Counted from the first letter of the stretch, positions 28,551-39,040 are shown. The stretch: DNA of 64,000 nt from Alphaproteobacteria bacterium (GCA_045631185.1 JAZQUH010000039.1:75740-139739); one strand, 5' to 3'. Program-made: numbers and translations. The notes: generated from the letters alone by a model not told the origin.

Positions 28551-29010
28551 AATTTTCTTTGATGGTTTCGGTGGTGGTATAAACGGTTTTATCGGGCGTG
28601 ATGATTTTTTGTGTTTTTTCCTGAACCGTCCATTTTTTATTTGGCATATAATTTCCTGATTCTGAGGCCGTACCCATCACAAAGCCAACCACGATTGCGC
28701 CCCAAAAAACGATTTCGGCAAAGTATTTAAACATCCCCAAAATACCGCAGATATATTTGGCGGCCGTATTCATATAAAATGCTTTTCCGTTACCGTCTGA
28801 ATTGATGGTAAATATATTGATAACGGACCACAAAGATGTGATTAAAGTTCCAACGAATCCTGTGAACAAAGTGATACATAATTGAATCAGTCCCCGTCCC
28901 CATCTTTGGGCGTAAAAGTTATGTAATCCGAAAGGGCCGAATAATAAAGCCAAAATGACATAAATCAGCTGGCTTTTTTGATTTTTATGGTATTGTTGTG
29001 TTGTTGTCAT
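28549..29010 (-). CDS. TM2-domain membrane protein
   Basis: ALLFGPFGLHNFYAQRWGRGLIQL TM2 signature; AGGAGG RBS. Confidence 0.7.
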   Translation of the reverse strand: MTTTQQYHKNQKSQLIYVILALLFGPFGLHNFYAQRWGRGLIQLCITLFTGFVGTLITSLWSVINIFTINSDGNGKAFYMNTAAKYICGILGMFKYFAEIVFWGAIVVGFVMGTASESGNYMPNKKWTVQEKTQKIITPDKTVYTTTETIKEN

Positions 29011-29083
29011 ATTTTGCCTCCTTTTGTTTTTAAATAATGGGTCTTTTTATAAAAATTTCAATCCAACCGAAGGTATTCTTTTC

Positions 29084-29112
29084 TTGATTTTTTTATTAAA
29101 ATTTGCTAAACT
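29084..29112 (+). promoter_or_regulatory. Promoter fused to dnaE ATG (leaderless design)
   Basis: TTGATT - 17 nt - TAAACT, 6 nt, ATG 29119. Confidence 0.5.
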
Positions 29113-29118
29113 TTGACC

Positions 29119-32100
29119 ATGAAACCACAGTTTATACATTTGCATGTGCATACGGCCTATTCGTTGTTGGAAGGGGCCATTAAAATGCCGAAATTGGCCA
29201 AATGGGCGTCGGATAACAAAATGCCCGCCGTTGCCATGACCGATTCGGGCAATATCTGTGGGGCAATGGCCATGATGCACGAAATGCCCCCCTTGGGGAT
29301 TCAGCCCATTTTGGGAACGCAGTTGTTGGTTAAATCACCCAAACAAAATGTGAACGCTTTGGATACATCGGACGATACCTTTGATAAAGTTGTTTTGTTG
29401 GTGCAAAATGAAACAGGGTATAAACACTTATTAAAGCTGTTTTCTTTTTATTATATGGGGGCCGATAAACAAGGCCAACCGCATATTACCTTTGATGAAC
29501 TGTGCACACATACAGACGGTTTGATTTGTTTGACTGGCGGATGGGAAGGCCTGATTGGTCGGCCTTTATTGGCGGGAAAATATGAATACGCTAAACAAAT
29601 TGCCCAAAAAATGCAAAACGCCTTTGGCGACAGGTTATATATTGAATTGATGCGTCATGGTATGGATCAGGAACAACAAACCGAAGAGGGCTTTTTACAA
29701 TTGGCTTTGGATTTAAACATCCCGATTGTGGCCACCAATGATGCCTATTTTTTAACCCCTGATATGTATGAAGCGCAAGACGCATTGATGTGTATTGCCG
29801 AAAAGAAAGTTTTAACCGATGAAGACCGGCGCCGTTTGACACCGGAACATTATTTAAAAACAGAAGATCAAATGTGCGAATTGTTTTCGGATTTGCCTGA
29901 GGCTTTGGCCAATTCTGTTTTGATTGCCCGCCGGTGTGCCTTTATGGCCGAAAAGAAAAAGCCGGCCTTCCCGAATTTTGATTGCAAGGGTAAAACGGAA
30001 GATGAAGTTTTGGCGGATATGGCCGAAGAGGGTTTTAAAATCCGTATGCAAGGCAGATCACCGGAAGAACAACAAAAATATCACGATCAAATGTTGTTTG
30101 AATTGGGCGTGATTAAACAAATGGGTTTCCCCGGCTACTTTTTGATTGTGGCCGATTTTATTCAATGGTCCAAAAACAACGGTGTGCCGGTGGGGCCGGG
30201 GCGTGGTTCTGGGGCAGGTTCGGTTGTGGCATGGTGTTTGATGATTACCGATATTGACCCCATGCGGTTTGATTTGGTGTTTGAACGATTTTTGAATCCC
30301 GAACGTGTGAACATGCCTGATATAGACGTGGATTTTTGTCAGGAACGTCGTGAAAAAACAATTGAATATGTGCAAAATCATTATGGTTTTGACCATGTGG
30401 CACAAATTATTACTTTCGGTAAGTTACAGGCCAAAGCCGTGATTCGTGATGTGGGCCGTGTGATGCAGGTACCTTTCCCCGTGGTGGACAGATTGTCCAA
30501 AATGATTCCCAATGATCCCAAAATTACCTTGGAAAAGGCTTTTGAACAAGAACCCCGATTAAAAGAAGAAATAGAAGCCGAAGAACAAATCAAAGAATTG
30601 TTTGCCATTGCCGTTAAATTGGAAGGTTTATTCCGCAATACATCCACCCATGCGGCGGGTGTGGTGATTGGCAACAAACCTTTGGATGAAATTGTGCCGA
30701 TTTATAAAGATCCGTCATCGGATATGCCGGTTACTCAATTTGATATGAAATATGTGGAAGAAGCCAGCTTGATTAAGTTTGACTTTTTGGGACTGAAAAC
30801 TTTGACCACTATTAAAAAAACATTAGAGCTTTTGCAAAAACGCGGGATAGAAGTGGATATTGACCATATTCCGTTGGATGATCCTGAAACTTTTAAATTG
30901 TTGCGTGCGGCCGATACGACAGGTGTGTTCCAGTTGGAATCAACGGGGATGAAAAAAATTCTGCACGATATGCAACCCGATAAAATTGAAGATATTGTGG
31001 CGTTGGTGTCGCTTTATCGCCCGGGGCCCATGGATTCAATCCCAACCTATATTGCCGTGAAAAAAGGCTTGGAAGAACCCGATTATATGCATCCGATGTT
31101 GGAACCGATTTTAAAGGAAACTTACGGTATTATGATTTATCAGGAACAGGTGATGCAAATTTCGCGTGATATGGCGGGCTTTTCGTTGGGCGGAGCCGAC
31201 TTGTTGCGCCGAATTATGGGTAAGAAAAAGGCCGAGTTGTTGCCCCCTGAACGGGTGAAATTTATTGAAGGGGCCAAACAAAAAGGTGTTGATGAAAAAA
31301 TCGCCGAAAAAGTGTTTGATAAAATGGCCAAGTTTGCATCCTATGGTTTTAACAAGGCACATGCGGCCGCCTATGCCTTTATTGCATATCAAACGGCCTA
31401 TTTAAAGGCACACTTTCCGGCCGAATTTATGGCAGCCACGATGACGTTGGATAAAATCAATACGGATAAATTGGCGATATTTAAAGAGGATGTCTTGGCG
31501 CATAAAATTGAAGTTTTGCAACCCGATATCAATTTGTCCGAGGTCAACTTTACCGTTCAAGACGGCAAAGTTCGCTATGCATTGTCTGCGGTTAAAAATG
31601 TGGGCGAAGCCGGTATGATGGCGGTGGTGGCTGAACGTGAAAAAAATGGTCCCTTTAAATCCATTCAAGATTTTGCATCCCGTGTGGATGTATCGGCATT
31701 GAATAAAAGATATGTTGAAAATCTGGCCAAATCAGGGGCCTTTGAATGTATTGAAAAAAATCGGGCGATGGTCTTTAATAATGTGGAAAACATTGTTTCT
31801 TATGCGGCCCAGGCCACACAAGGACGAAACAGTGCCCAAATGGGATTGTTTGGTGCGGATGCTTCGGCTAATGCGTTAAAATTGACACGTTATCCCGAAT
31901 GGCCACAAATGGAAAAACTGGAACATGAAAAAGAAGCGCTGGGCTTTTATTTATCGGCCCATCCTTTGGATTCATACGGTGTTGTTTTGGAACGTTTGCG
32001 TGCGGTGGATTATATCGATATTGCCCCCATGGTTTCGGCCAGCCCGGCAGTGCGTACTTATTTGGCGGTTATTGTATCGGATGTGCGTGAACGTATCAGT

Positions 32101-32535
32101 CAAAAGGGCAACCGATTCGCCTTTATATCGGCCAGTGATAAATCTGGCAGTTTTGATTTAATGTGCTTTTCGGATGTGTTGGAAGCTCATCGTGATAAAT
32201 TGAAATCAGGTCAACCGTTATTATTGACCATCAGCGCCACCAAACGTGAAGGTGAAGACCAAATCCGTATCAATATCCAGGATGTGGCATACTTGGCCGA
32301 TGCGATGGCCAAAACACAAACGACATTGATTGTGGCGTTGGAAAATGTTCAGGCGATTGAGGAAATCAAAAATCGTTTGGCAAAAGTTCCCGCCGGGCGC
32401 AGTAAAATCTTTTTGATTTTAAAAACCAAAGAATATAATGTGGAATTTGAATTGCCCAATCGTTATACTTTAACCCCCGATGTGATGGACGATTTATCCC
32501 AAATTTTGGGTGTTGCCGAAATCAAACAGGCTTAG
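29119..32535 (+). CDS. dnaE: DNA polymerase III alpha subunit
   Basis: PHP N-terminus FIHLHVHTAYSLLEG, PDIDVDF, polymerase core; the ORF-track start 29113 is TTG, and the first ATG is 29119. Confidence 0.95.
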   Translation: MKPQFIHLHVHTAYSLLEGAIKMPKLAKWASDNKMPAVAMTDSGNICGAMAMMHEMPPLGIQPILGTQLLVKSPKQNVNALDTSDDTFDKVVLLVQNETGYKHLLKLFSFYYMGADKQGQPHITFDELCTHTDGLICLTGGWEGLIGRPLLAGKYEYAKQIAQKMQNAFGDRLYIELMRHGMDQEQQTEEGFLQLALDLNIPIVATNDAYFLTPDMYEAQDALMCIAEKKVLTDEDRRRLTPEHYLKTEDQMCELFSDLPEALANSVLIARRCAFMAEKKKPAFPNFDCKGKTEDEVLADMAEEGFKIRMQGRSPEEQQKYHDQMLFELGVIKQMGFPGYFLIVADFIQWSKNNGVPVGPGRGSGAGSVVAWCLMITDIDPMRFDLVFERFLNPERVNMPDIDVDFCQERREKTIEYVQNHYGFDHVAQIITFGKLQAKAVIRDVGRVMQVPFPVVDRLSKMIPNDPKITLEKAFEQEPRLKEEIEAEEQIKELFAIAVKLEGLFRNTSTHAAGVVIGNKPLDEIVPIYKDPSSDMPVTQFDMKYVEEASLIKFDFLGLKTLTTIKKTLELLQKRGIEVDIDHIPLDDPETFKLLRAADTTGVFQLESTGMKKILHDMQPDKIEDIVALVSLYRPGPMDSIPTYIAVKKGLEEPDYMHPMLEPILKETYGIMIYQEQVMQISRDMAGFSLGGADLLRRIMGKKKAELLPPERVKFIEGAKQKGVDEKIAEKVFDKMAKFASYGFNKAHAAAYAFIAYQTAYLKAHFPAEFMAATMTLDKINTDKLAIFKEDVLAHKIEVLQPDINLSEVNFTVQDGKVRYALSAVKNVGEAGMMAVVAEREKNGPFKSIQDFASRVDVSALNKRYVENLAKSGAFECIEKNRAMVFNNVENIVSYAAQATQGRNSAQMGLFGADASANALKLTRYPEWPQMEKLEHEKEALGFYLSAHPLDSYGVVLERLRAVDYIDIAPMVSASPAVRTYLAVIVSDVRERISQKGNRFAFISASDKSGSFDLMCFSDVLEAHRDKLKSGQPLLLTISATKREGEDQIRINIQDVAYLADAMAKTQTTLIVALENVQAIEEIKNRLAKVPAGRSKIFLILKTKEYNVEFELPNRYTLTPDVMDDLSQILGVAEIKQA

Positions 32536-32607
32536 CGTTTTTTTATTGACATTTGTAAAAAATATGTGTATGAGTAATATTATCCTCAAGAAAGGAGGGG
32601 GAGATTA

Positions 32608-33678
32608 ATGTATAAATTACTTTTATCATTAAGCACAATAGGGCTAATGAGTTATTCGTTTGGGGCTTTAGCGCAGGTTAAGTATTCTGGAGCTTGTATG
32701 GAAGCAATTTGTGATTATGGTTGTCATGAAAATGCAGATGGTACAGGTCAATGCTGTGAACGGCCGACAAAAACAAATTGTTTAAAAAATGTTTATGGAT
32801 CTGATGGTTGTATGATTGCAATAAAGGCAGATTGTGCCTTAACTGAATTTTGTGCATCGGATGGAACCTGTAAACCATGCTCTACGGCGGATGCAACACC
32901 ACGTCGCCGTAATCAAGAATCAAATTATTGCGAATGTCCAACAGGATATAATAAACGCTGTGGTTCAACCAGAACAACTAAGACATGTTTGGATGGTGGT
33001 GATTATGTATGCGCAAATGGTTGTTTCGATCATACAGATTGTCCCGCTGACCAACAATGTTCTTGTGTGGGCCGTTCTTGTCCAAGGACAGGAGGTACTT
33101 GTCAGTCTTGTCCAGAAGGGACACATCGTTCTGATGCTTCTGCGACGGTTTGTTTGCCTTGTACAGGATGTCAGACTTGGGATCCGGAAACTCAGGTTTG
33201 TTTAAATCAGTGTCCAGAAGGTCAATTTTGTGGTCAGTTACCTGGGGGAAAAGCCCCCAATTGTGGTGGTGATGCGTGTATGCCTATTTTGCCCAAAGAT
33301 AAATTGGTGAAAAAATTGGGTAGTATAAATAACCGTAGTTATTATATACCGCCGCCAGACAAACAATGGAAAATGACCCATACCAGTGCTTCTCGTTTTT
33401 GTGAATATTATGGTATGCATTTGGCGACAATCAATGAAGCCTGTATGAAAGACTTTGCTTATGATAGTGGTCACGATTGTCCTAATTTTGTCAGTGTGAA
33501 AAAATTCCAATGGGGTGATAATTGGTTTGATTTGACTCACTATAATACAAACTCCAGTGGTGATTTTTGGCTGGCGAATTTAGATGGTAATAACGCAATG
33601 CGTGTAACACATTCTTGTGGTAATAACCATCAAACAAATATTTGTAATACAGTTTATCCGTTATGTACGGAAAATTAA
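32608..33678 (+). CDS. Secreted cysteine-rich protein, paralog 3, with C-type-lectin-like C-terminus
   Basis: Signal peptide; N-box CMEAICDYGCHEN..GQCC; CQTWDPETQVC module; C-terminal W..A..FC..YGMHLATI..FWLANL pattern. Confidence 0.7.
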   Translation: MYKLLLSLSTIGLMSYSFGALAQVKYSGACMEAICDYGCHENADGTGQCCERPTKTNCLKNVYGSDGCMIAIKADCALTEFCASDGTCKPCSTADATPRRRNQESNYCECPTGYNKRCGSTRTTKTCLDGGDYVCANGCFDHTDCPADQQCSCVGRSCPRTGGTCQSCPEGTHRSDASATVCLPCTGCQTWDPETQVCLNQCPEGQFCGQLPGGKAPNCGGDACMPILPKDKLVKKLGSINNRSYYIPPPDKQWKMTHTSASRFCEYYGMHLATINEACMKDFAYDSGHDCPNFVSVKKFQWGDNWFDLTHYNTNSSGDFWLANLDGNNAMRVTHSCGNNHQTNICNTVYPLCTEN

Positions 33679-33692
33679 AAAAGGAGGAGAAA

Positions 33693-34220
33693 ATGAAAAA
33701 AATATTTTTAACAACAACAATGTGCTTATTTGCACTGCCTTTAATGGCCATGGATTGTGCTTACTCACCGGAACAGGAAATTGTCCGTTCAGCTGAAAAT
33801 TATGCCGAAATTGAAAAATTGGGCGAAAATTTTAATGCCAATGCGACATATCCATGTGGTGGAACATTATCTCAGTTGGCTGTTTTGCGTGGTAATTTGG
33901 ACTCTTTATATTATCTGTATCAACATGGTGCTAATTTTAATGCGGACGTATCATTAAAAGGATATGAAATTCCCGGCGCACCAGATGTGATTCCGTTCCC
34001 ATTGTTTGTGGCACGTTATTCACCTAATGCAGAAATTGTAGATACAATGTTGAATTCTGGTATTGATTTTAAGGTAAAAGACAGCATGGGACATGATGTC
34101 TTTTGGTATTTTGAAAAAAATCCCGTTTTGCGTAACACTTATTTGACCAAAAAGGGATGGGATTCGTTAACTCCTGTTTCTGAAATAGTGGAACGGGCCA
34201 AACAAGGGATTCCTTACTAA
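33693..34220 (+). CDS. Secreted ankyrin-repeat protein
   Basis: Start MKKIFLTTTMCLFALPLMA with AAGGAGGAG RBS; ANK-like GGTLSQLAVLRGNLDSLYYLYQHGANFNA; 14 nt after paralog 3, no terminator between. Confidence 0.65.
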   Translation: MKKIFLTTTMCLFALPLMAMDCAYSPEQEIVRSAENYAEIEKLGENFNANATYPCGGTLSQLAVLRGNLDSLYYLYQHGANFNADVSLKGYEIPGAPDVIPFPLFVARYSPNAEIVDTMLNSGIDFKVKDSMGHDVFWYFEKNPVLRNTYLTKKGWDSLTPVSEIVERAKQGIPY

Positions 34221-34228
34221 AAATATCC

Positions 34229-34254
34229 TCCCCCTTGCAAAAGGGGGATTTTTC
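34229..34254 (+). terminator. Intrinsic terminator after ankyrin gene
   Basis: TCCCCCTT-GCAA-AAGGGGGA + TTTTT. Confidence 0.75.
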
Positions 34255-34283
34255 TTGCCAAAAAGGGCTTTTTATGGTATAAT
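34255..34283 (+). promoter_or_regulatory. Promoter of rbfA-truB
   Basis: TTGCCA - 17 nt - TGgTATAAT (extended -10). Confidence 0.6.
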
Positions 34284-34307
34284 ACCTGTCAAAGAAAGGA
34301 TTTTAAA

Positions 34308-34691
34308 ATGAAAAAGCCCCCTTCACAACGTCAATTGCGTGTGGCTGAAGAAATTAAAAAATTGTTGGCCAAAACATTGATTGAAAATAATTTGTTTATC
34401 CAAGGGTTGAAGGCACCTTATTTAATGATTACCGAAGTTCAAATTGCACCTGATTTCGGTTATACGGATATTTATATGCGTGCCATGCCACCGGTGAATA
34501 CAGATGAACAGGTTGCATTATTGAATGAACATAAAGGGGCCTTTCGTAAAAAGATTGGGCAAAATGTCCGTTTACGTATAACCCCCGAGGTGCGCTTTTT
34601 TTCCGATACACGTTTTGAACAAGATGCACATATTGAATCCATCTTGAACAGTCCGCGTGTGAAAGCCGATCTTGACAAATACAAAGAATAA
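34308..34691 (+). CDS. rbfA: Ribosome-binding factor A
   Basis: SQRQLRVAEEIKKLLA..., ITEVQIAPDFGYTDIY pattern. Confidence 0.85.
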   Translation: MKKPPSQRQLRVAEEIKKLLAKTLIENNLFIQGLKAPYLMITEVQIAPDFGYTDIYMRAMPPVNTDEQVALLNEHKGAFRKKIGQNVRLRITPEVRFFSDTRFEQDAHIESILNSPRVKADLDKYKE

Positions 34692-35550
34692 CATAAACGG
34701 TTGGTTGATTATCAATAAGCCGTATGATATGGGATCTACCCCTGTTGTGGGACGGTTAAAGTATTTATTAAAGCCGTCTAAAATTGGGCATGCGGGAACT
34801 TTGGATCCGTTGGCAACGGGTGTTTTGCCGATTGCATTGGGTAAAGCCACACGTTTAATCCCCTTTGTGATGGATGGGAAAAAAATATATGAATTCACTG
34901 TTCGTTGGGGTGTTCAAACGGATTCGGATGATTTGGCCGGTCAGGAAATTGCCCACAATGATATACGCCCGACACAGGAACAAATTTTATCGGTGTTACC
35001 GAAATTTATCGGAACAATTATGCAAAAGCCCAGTATTTATTCGGCCTTAAAAATCAACGGGCAAAGGGCCTATGATTTGGCGCGCAGTGGTCAAGATGTT
35101 CAAATTCAACCAAGACCCACAAAAATCTATGATTTAAGGTTGTTAGATCATGATGGCGAAACATCGTCTTTTGTGGCCGAAGTAGGCAAGGGGACATATA
35201 TTCGTACTTTGGCACACGATATCGCCGAATCTGTGGGTGCCTTGGGTGTGGTGATTCGCTTACATCGCACAAAAGACGGTCCATTTGATATCAATCAGGC
35301 TGTTTTATTGGATGCTGATTTGGAAAAAAATATCCTGCCGATGGAAAATGTTTTGGGGAATTTACCGAAAATAAATGTATCATCGGATGTGGCCAAACGT
35401 TTGATTTGTGGTCAAAGAATAAAAGATGAAGCTTACGCTGACTTATCGGGTATTTATGCCGTTATGTGTGAAAATCAATTGGTTGCGCTGGGTGAAGTTG
35501 AAAAAAACGTGTTGCATCCACGGTCGATTTTTGCCACAAAAGAGGATTAA
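34672..35550 (+). CDS. truB: tRNA pseudouridine(55) synthase
   Basis: GWLIINKP..GSTP, HAGTLDPLATGVL catalytic Asp motif; apparent TTG start overlapping the rbfA 3' end. Confidence 0.85.
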   Translation: MTNTKNNINGWLIINKPYDMGSTPVVGRLKYLLKPSKIGHAGTLDPLATGVLPIALGKATRLIPFVMDGKKIYEFTVRWGVQTDSDDLAGQEIAHNDIRPTQEQILSVLPKFIGTIMQKPSIYSALKINGQRAYDLARSGQDVQIQPRPTKIYDLRLLDHDGETSSFVAEVGKGTYIRTLAHDIAESVGALGVVIRLHRTKDGPFDINQAVLLDADLEKNILPMENVLGNLPKINVSSDVAKRLICGQRIKDEAYADLSGIYAVMCENQLVALGEVEKNVLHPRSIFATKED

Positions 35551-35613
35551 AAAACACTTAGATTTGCAATTTGTATCAAAATATGCTAAACAATTAAAAA
35601 AAGGAGAATAAAA

Positions 35614-38600
35614 ATGGGTAAAATATTTAATAAACGCTTTATGCCTTTGCTTTCATCACACTTTTTATCGTCAATCAATGACGCCTTTATGCGCACATTG
35701 TTTTTATTTTATGCAACCTATCAATTAACCCGTGAAAGTACAATCTTTATCATCACGGGTGTTATTTTTTATGCATTGACCTTTTGTGTGGGCAGTACGA
35801 TCGCCGGTCAGGTGGCCGATAAAATTTCCAAAAAGAAGTTTTTGATTTTCTTCCGATTGATTGAAATTGTGGCATTGTTATTGACCTTGGGTGGTGTTTC
35901 ACTCAGTTCACGTTGGGTTTTGTTGTTGATTATGGGCGGTTTAGGTTTTATCAGTGCCTGTTTGCGTGTGGCGGATTATTCTTTGATGCCGGCCTTGGTG
36001 GCACAGCGTGATTTGGTCAAAGCCAATGCTTTAATTAAAATTGCCTCTTTAATCGGTTTGGGTTTGTCGGCATTGATGATGATGTTGATATACAAATATG
36101 ATGTGTTGCCTGCTTTTGTTTGCTTGGGTGCTGTTGCTTTATCGGTTATCAGCTTGGGCTTAACATATTTATTACCTGAACAAAAATCGGTGGATCCCGA
36201 AACGGAAGTTGTTAAAAATCCCATTCATGTATTTGATTATGTCGGCAAGACCTTGAAGTACAAATTTGATGATTGGGCTTACTTAATCGGTATTGCTTGG
36301 TTTTGGGTGTTGATGAGCTTGGTTGGTATGTTATCGGGTGAATATGGTCAAAATATATTACAGGCCCGTTGGTCAGTGATGGCCTTTTTATCCGGTGCGA
36401 TATTCCCGTTGGGTTATATTATCGGTTCAATCATTTGTGTGCGTTCTAACCGCAAACGTTTGGGATCTCAGGCCGTTTGGGTTGGTGCTTTAATTTCTGT
36501 GGTATTGTTGGACTTTGTTTTTGCTGCCGGTGCTTTGTCACAAATTGAAGTTACCAAAGCCATTACGATTTCCCGTTTATTGACAGGTAGCTTTTTGTAT
36601 TGGCATGTTTTGTTAAATGTTTTTGCTTTGGGATTATTGTCGGCTCTTTATGTGATTCCGTTTTATGCCCAATTACAAATGCATACCGAAGAACGCATTA
36701 TGGGACGTATGTTTTCGCTCAGCGGATTATTAAATGCTTTGACCATGGGTTGCGCCTTTTTGGTCGTAATGGGCATGCGTATTTTATCCTTTGATTTGTC
36801 GGCTGTAATGGTTGTGTTTGCGATATTGAATCTGTTTGTATCGCTTTACTTTGTGCGCTTATTGCCGATTGAACAACGTCGTCGCTTTTTCAAAAAAGTT
36901 TTGGGTCGTTTGTTCCGTGTTAAAGTCTATGGTTTGGAAAGAATGCCCAAAGTGGGTGAACCTTGCTTGATTGTTTGCAATCACACCAGCTATATGGACG
37001 TTTTGTTGATTTCCACATTTATTGATCGTCCGATTGTGTTTTCCATCAATAATCGTTTGTTGGAAAAGACAATTGTGAAGTTTATGACAAATTTGGTGGA
37101 TTTAAGACCCTTGGATCCGACCAGCCCCTTTGCCGTTAAAACAATGGTCAATGAATTAAAGCAAAATAAAACCTGTATGATTTTTAACGGTGGTTTATTG
37201 GAAGGCGGAAATACACGCTTGAAAATTTATGAAGGTTCGGCCATGATGGCATTAAAAGGCAACGCCCCGATTGTGCCGATTCGTATTGACGGTGCCGCCC
37301 ATACTTTTGGTTCACGTGTATTGGGTAAAAAGACATGGTTTAAGGCTTTCCCGCAAATTACAATTACGGTGATGCCACCGGTTGAATTTAAATATCCCGA
37401 AACGATGCCTACCCGTGAACAACGTATGCGTTCTTCGGGCAAATTGTATGACGTGATTTCCAATATGGTTTTTGAAAGCTATGAAAAAGACAGAACGATT
37501 TTTCAGGCTGTGGCTGATGCCATGAAAATGCGTGGTCATATGTTCCGTGTCTTGGATGATACAGCCCGCCATCCCCAAACATACGCCAGCGTGTTTTTAA
37601 AATCATTTGTCTTGGGTGCTTTGATCAATAAACATTTACCCGATGATGAACGTGTGGGTATTATGATTCCGACATCTTCAGCCTGTGTTTATACTTTCTT
37701 GGGTTTGCAGGCCTATGGTAAAGTGCCGGCCATGATCAACTTTACCGCAGGCGCTCAGGCGGTGGTTAGCACTTGCCAAACGGTTGGTTTAAAACATATT
37801 GTCACGGCCCGTAAAGTGGTTCAGTTGGCCAAATTGGAAAATCTGGTGGCTGAGTTAGAGAAAAACGGTGTGAAGGTAATGTTCTTGGAAGATATGAAGG
37901 CCGCCTTGACATTGTCGGATAAATTGCGTGGTGTTTTGGGTGCTTTGTTCCCCCATCATGTGTATAAAAAGACCAGTAAAGGTAAAGTATCTTCCAAAGA
38001 TACAGGTGTTATTTTGTTCACATCCGGTTCAGAAGGTTTGCCAAAGGCTGTTTTGTTAAGCCATTATAACCTGTTATCCAATTGTTATCAGGTGCCATGC
38101 CGATTTGATTTGTACAAAACGGACGTGTTTTTGAACTGTTTGCCGTTGTTCCATTCCTTTGGTTTGGGGGCGGGGACAATTTTACCGTTGATTACGGGTA
38201 TTAAGACATTCTTATATCCGACCCCGCTTCATTATCGGATTATCCCCGAAATAGCGGCCAGCATTCGTGCCACGATTTTCTTTGCAACGGATACGTTCTT
38301 GTCATCTTATGCCAAATGTGCCAATCCGTATGATTTTAACAGCTTGCGTGTTGTGGCCGGTGGTGCCGAAAAAATCCGTGAAGAAACCCGTAAAGTGTGG
38401 CAGGAAAAATTTGGTGTGCGTTTGTTTGAAGGCTATGGTGCCACAGAATGTTCGCCCTTTATTTCTGTGAACACCTTCTTGTTCCAGAAAAAAGATTCCG
38501 TGGGTCGTTTATTGCCCGGTATTGAATCCCGCCTGAAAAAAATTGAAGGTATTGCCGAAGGCGGTGAGTTATACGTTAAAGGCCCCAATATTATGCAAGG

Positions 38601-39036
38601 CTATATGCGTCATACAAATCCTGGTGTATTGGAACCGCCAAAAGATGGTTGGTATGACACGGGTGATATTGTTGAAATTGATGATGACGGATTTATCACC
38701 ATCAAAGGCCGTTGCAAACGCTTTGCCAAAATTGGCGGTGAAATGGTGTCTTTGTTGGCCGTTGAACAAACAATCGCCAAGAAATGGCCGGATGCTTTAT
38801 CGGGTGCCGTGAATTTGCCTGATGAAAGAAAGGGTGAAAAAATTATCCTGATAACCAATGAAAAGCAAATCACAAAAGATGCTTTGATTTCCTTGTTTAA
38901 AGAAAAGGGAATGACCGAGTTGGGATTGCCGGCCGTGATTGTTCATACGGATAATCCGCCCATTTTGGGAACAGGCAAGTTTGATTATCAAACGGCCAAG
39001 AATATGGCGATTGAGGCCTGTAAGCCCAAAGCATAA
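35614..39036 (+). CDS. aas: Triple fusion: MFS lysophospholipid transporter (LplT-like) + PlsC acyltransferase + acyl-ACP/AMP-forming synthetase (Aas)
   Basis: About 12 TM N-terminal 410 aa; HX4D box CNHTSYMDV; AMP-binding motifs FTSGSEGLPKAV, GYGATE, DTGD. Confidence 0.8.
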   Translation: MGKIFNKRFMPLLSSHFLSSINDAFMRTLFLFYATYQLTRESTIFIITGVIFYALTFCVGSTIAGQVADKISKKKFLIFFRLIEIVALLLTLGGVSLSSRWVLLLIMGGLGFISACLRVADYSLMPALVAQRDLVKANALIKIASLIGLGLSALMMMLIYKYDVLPAFVCLGAVALSVISLGLTYLLPEQKSVDPETEVVKNPIHVFDYVGKTLKYKFDDWAYLIGIAWFWVLMSLVGMLSGEYGQNILQARWSVMAFLSGAIFPLGYIIGSIICVRSNRKRLGSQAVWVGALISVVLLDFVFAAGALSQIEVTKAITISRLLTGSFLYWHVLLNVFALGLLSALYVIPFYAQLQMHTEERIMGRMFSLSGLLNALTMGCAFLVVMGMRILSFDLSAVMVVFAILNLFVSLYFVRLLPIEQRRRFFKKVLGRLFRVKVYGLERMPKVGEPCLIVCNHTSYMDVLLISTFIDRPIVFSINNRLLEKTIVKFMTNLVDLRPLDPTSPFAVKTMVNELKQNKTCMIFNGGLLEGGNTRLKIYEGSAMMALKGNAPIVPIRIDGAAHTFGSRVLGKKTWFKAFPQITITVMPPVEFKYPETMPTREQRMRSSGKLYDVISNMVFESYEKDRTIFQAVADAMKMRGHMFRVLDDTARHPQTYASVFLKSFVLGALINKHLPDDERVGIMIPTSSACVYTFLGLQAYGKVPAMINFTAGAQAVVSTCQTVGLKHIVTARKVVQLAKLENLVAELEKNGVKVMFLEDMKAALTLSDKLRGVLGALFPHHVYKKTSKGKVSSKDTGVILFTSGSEGLPKAVLLSHYNLLSNCYQVPCRFDLYKTDVFLNCLPLFHSFGLGAGTILPLITGIKTFLYPTPLHYRIIPEIAASIRATIFFATDTFLSSYAKCANPYDFNSLRVVAGGAEKIREETRKVWQEKFGVRLFEGYGATECSPFISVNTFLFQKKDSVGRLLPGIESRLKKIEGIAEGGELYVKGPNIMQGYMRHTNPGVLEPPKDGWYDTGDIVEIDDDGFITIKGRCKRFAKIGGEMVSLLAVEQTIAKKWPDALSGAVNLPDERKGEKIILITNEKQITKDALISLFKEKGMTELGLPAVIVHTDNPPILGTGKFDYQTAKNMAIEACKPKA

Positions 39037-39040
39037 AATT

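Noticed and set aside
22177-33678. A diversity-generating retroelement or shufflon acting on the lectin-like C-termini
   Set aside because: The window has no reverse transcriptase, no Rci-type recombinase, and no template/variable repeat pair or sfx-like inverted repeats that I could see near the 3' ends.
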